DNA of 64,000 nucleotides from Candidatus Velthaea sp. (GTDB lineage Bacteria > Vulcanimicrobiota > Vulcanimicrobiia > Vulcanimicrobiales > Vulcanimicrobiaceae): positions 1-64,000 of the forward strand of contig JBEKHC010000003.1 of the NCBI GenBank assembly GCA_050012475.1, read 5' to 3'. A model generated the notes under the pieces. The model ran no database searches and was not told the origin of the DNA. It saw only the letters and a list, made by a program, of their open reading frames with translations. This document shows, piece after piece, positions 63,330-64,000 of this stretch; position 1 is the stretch's first letter; the number at the start of each line of letters is the position of its first letter. Made by a program: the position numbers and the translations under genes.

Positions 63330-63718
63330 GCGGCGGCAAAACGCGGATCGGTGTAACAACCGCTATGCAGCGCACTGCGCACGCCGTGCGCCAGTGTGCG
63401 TTCGTCAGCGTCTTTCGAGAGGATACAGTTGACTCCGGCGAGGTGGCAAGCCACGCCCCAGGTGCTCTTCATGAGATCCGTATACACGGCGATCAGACAC
63501 TCGGGCAGCACGAACCGGATTTGGCGCAGCAGCTCGAGGGCATCGACCTTCGAGTGATCGACGTCGCAGATGAGCAAGTTGGGCGCCAGCCGGCCCAACT
63601 CGGTTACGTCGAGTCGAGCGATCACCGGGCCAGCGAGGACTCCTGCCATTTGCAAGGCAGAATCGAACACCGGAACCCTCGTACGGTCGATGCCGGCTAG
63701 GCAGCACACGTAAGCCAT
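63326..63718 (-). CDS. Atypical single-domain response regulator receiver
   Basis: PNLLICD, LELLRQIR...P...IAVYT, AG...ILSK; lacks the N-terminal acidic pair and any output domain. Confidence 0.65.
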   Translation of the reverse strand: MAYVCCLAGIDRTRVPVFDSALQMAGVLAGPVIARLDVTELGRLAPNLLICDVDHSKVDALELLRQIRFVLPECLIAVYTDLMKSTWGVACHLAGVNCILSKDADERTLAHGVRSALHSGCYTDPRFAAA

Positions 63719-64000
63719 ACGGAAAACGCTTTCAGGAGTGAACGGGCGCGAAACCGAGATCGCGGAAAATACTAGAGCGCGGGGGACCAGTTATCCGGTC
63801 GCTGCGCGTCGAACGCTCGATAACTGTACCATCTCGAACGAGGCGAACACATCGTTAAAAAGGCCGATGAGAGGGCGAATCCGAGCAAACGCGCCCACCC
63901 TGCCGATAGCGCGGCCGGCTCTCCGCTTCCGCTGCATGCCTCGCTGTCGAAATCCGACCCCGCGTACCCGATCGTTTCGGGTATTCTGAGCGTTGTGCCG

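Noticed and set aside
63740..63790. CCCCCGCGCTCTAGTATTTTCCGCGAT (-) as a tenth motif copy
   Set aside because: The core TTTCAC is missing and there is no TANNNT at the expected distance.
63966..63984. TACCCGA-N5-TCGGGTA palindrome
   Set aside because: Single short repeat at the window edge with no context to interpret.

Overview
GC-rich (roughly 60-65% by eye) bacterial chromosomal window with no rRNA, tRNA or CRISPR array visible. The gene content suggests an acidophilic soil bacterium, possibly Vulcanimicrobiota/Eremiobacterota (inference only). The left part (~1-23.5 kb) is a decaying accessory region bracketed by remnants of a pst operon (5' pstS at 22.6-23.4 kb, 3' pstB at 2.1-2.4 kb). 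It carries several pseudogenes (TMEM175, parDE, NmrA stub, tyrosine-recombinase tail, DUF899), a secreted GH15-CBM20 glucoamylase, an orphan mreB and two ECF sigma modules whose target promoters can be read in the DNA. The right part (~24-64 kb) is an intact cluster for substrate-level phosphorylation and ion/pH homeostasis: mgtA, pyk, glgP, an ABC exporter, kup, lactate permease plus Fe-S D-lactate dehydrogenase, ackA, two type-IIIA H+-ATPases, an SPFH protein, GH130, phosphoketolase, PP2C and an atypical receiver protein. The main find is a conserved, non-palindromic upstream motif, (A)TCC-N4-5-(A/T)TTTCAC(G/T)-N24-TANNNT. It occurs 9 times, always intergenic and oriented toward the downstream gene, and links much of the right-hand cluster into a putative regulon whose regulator I cannot identify.
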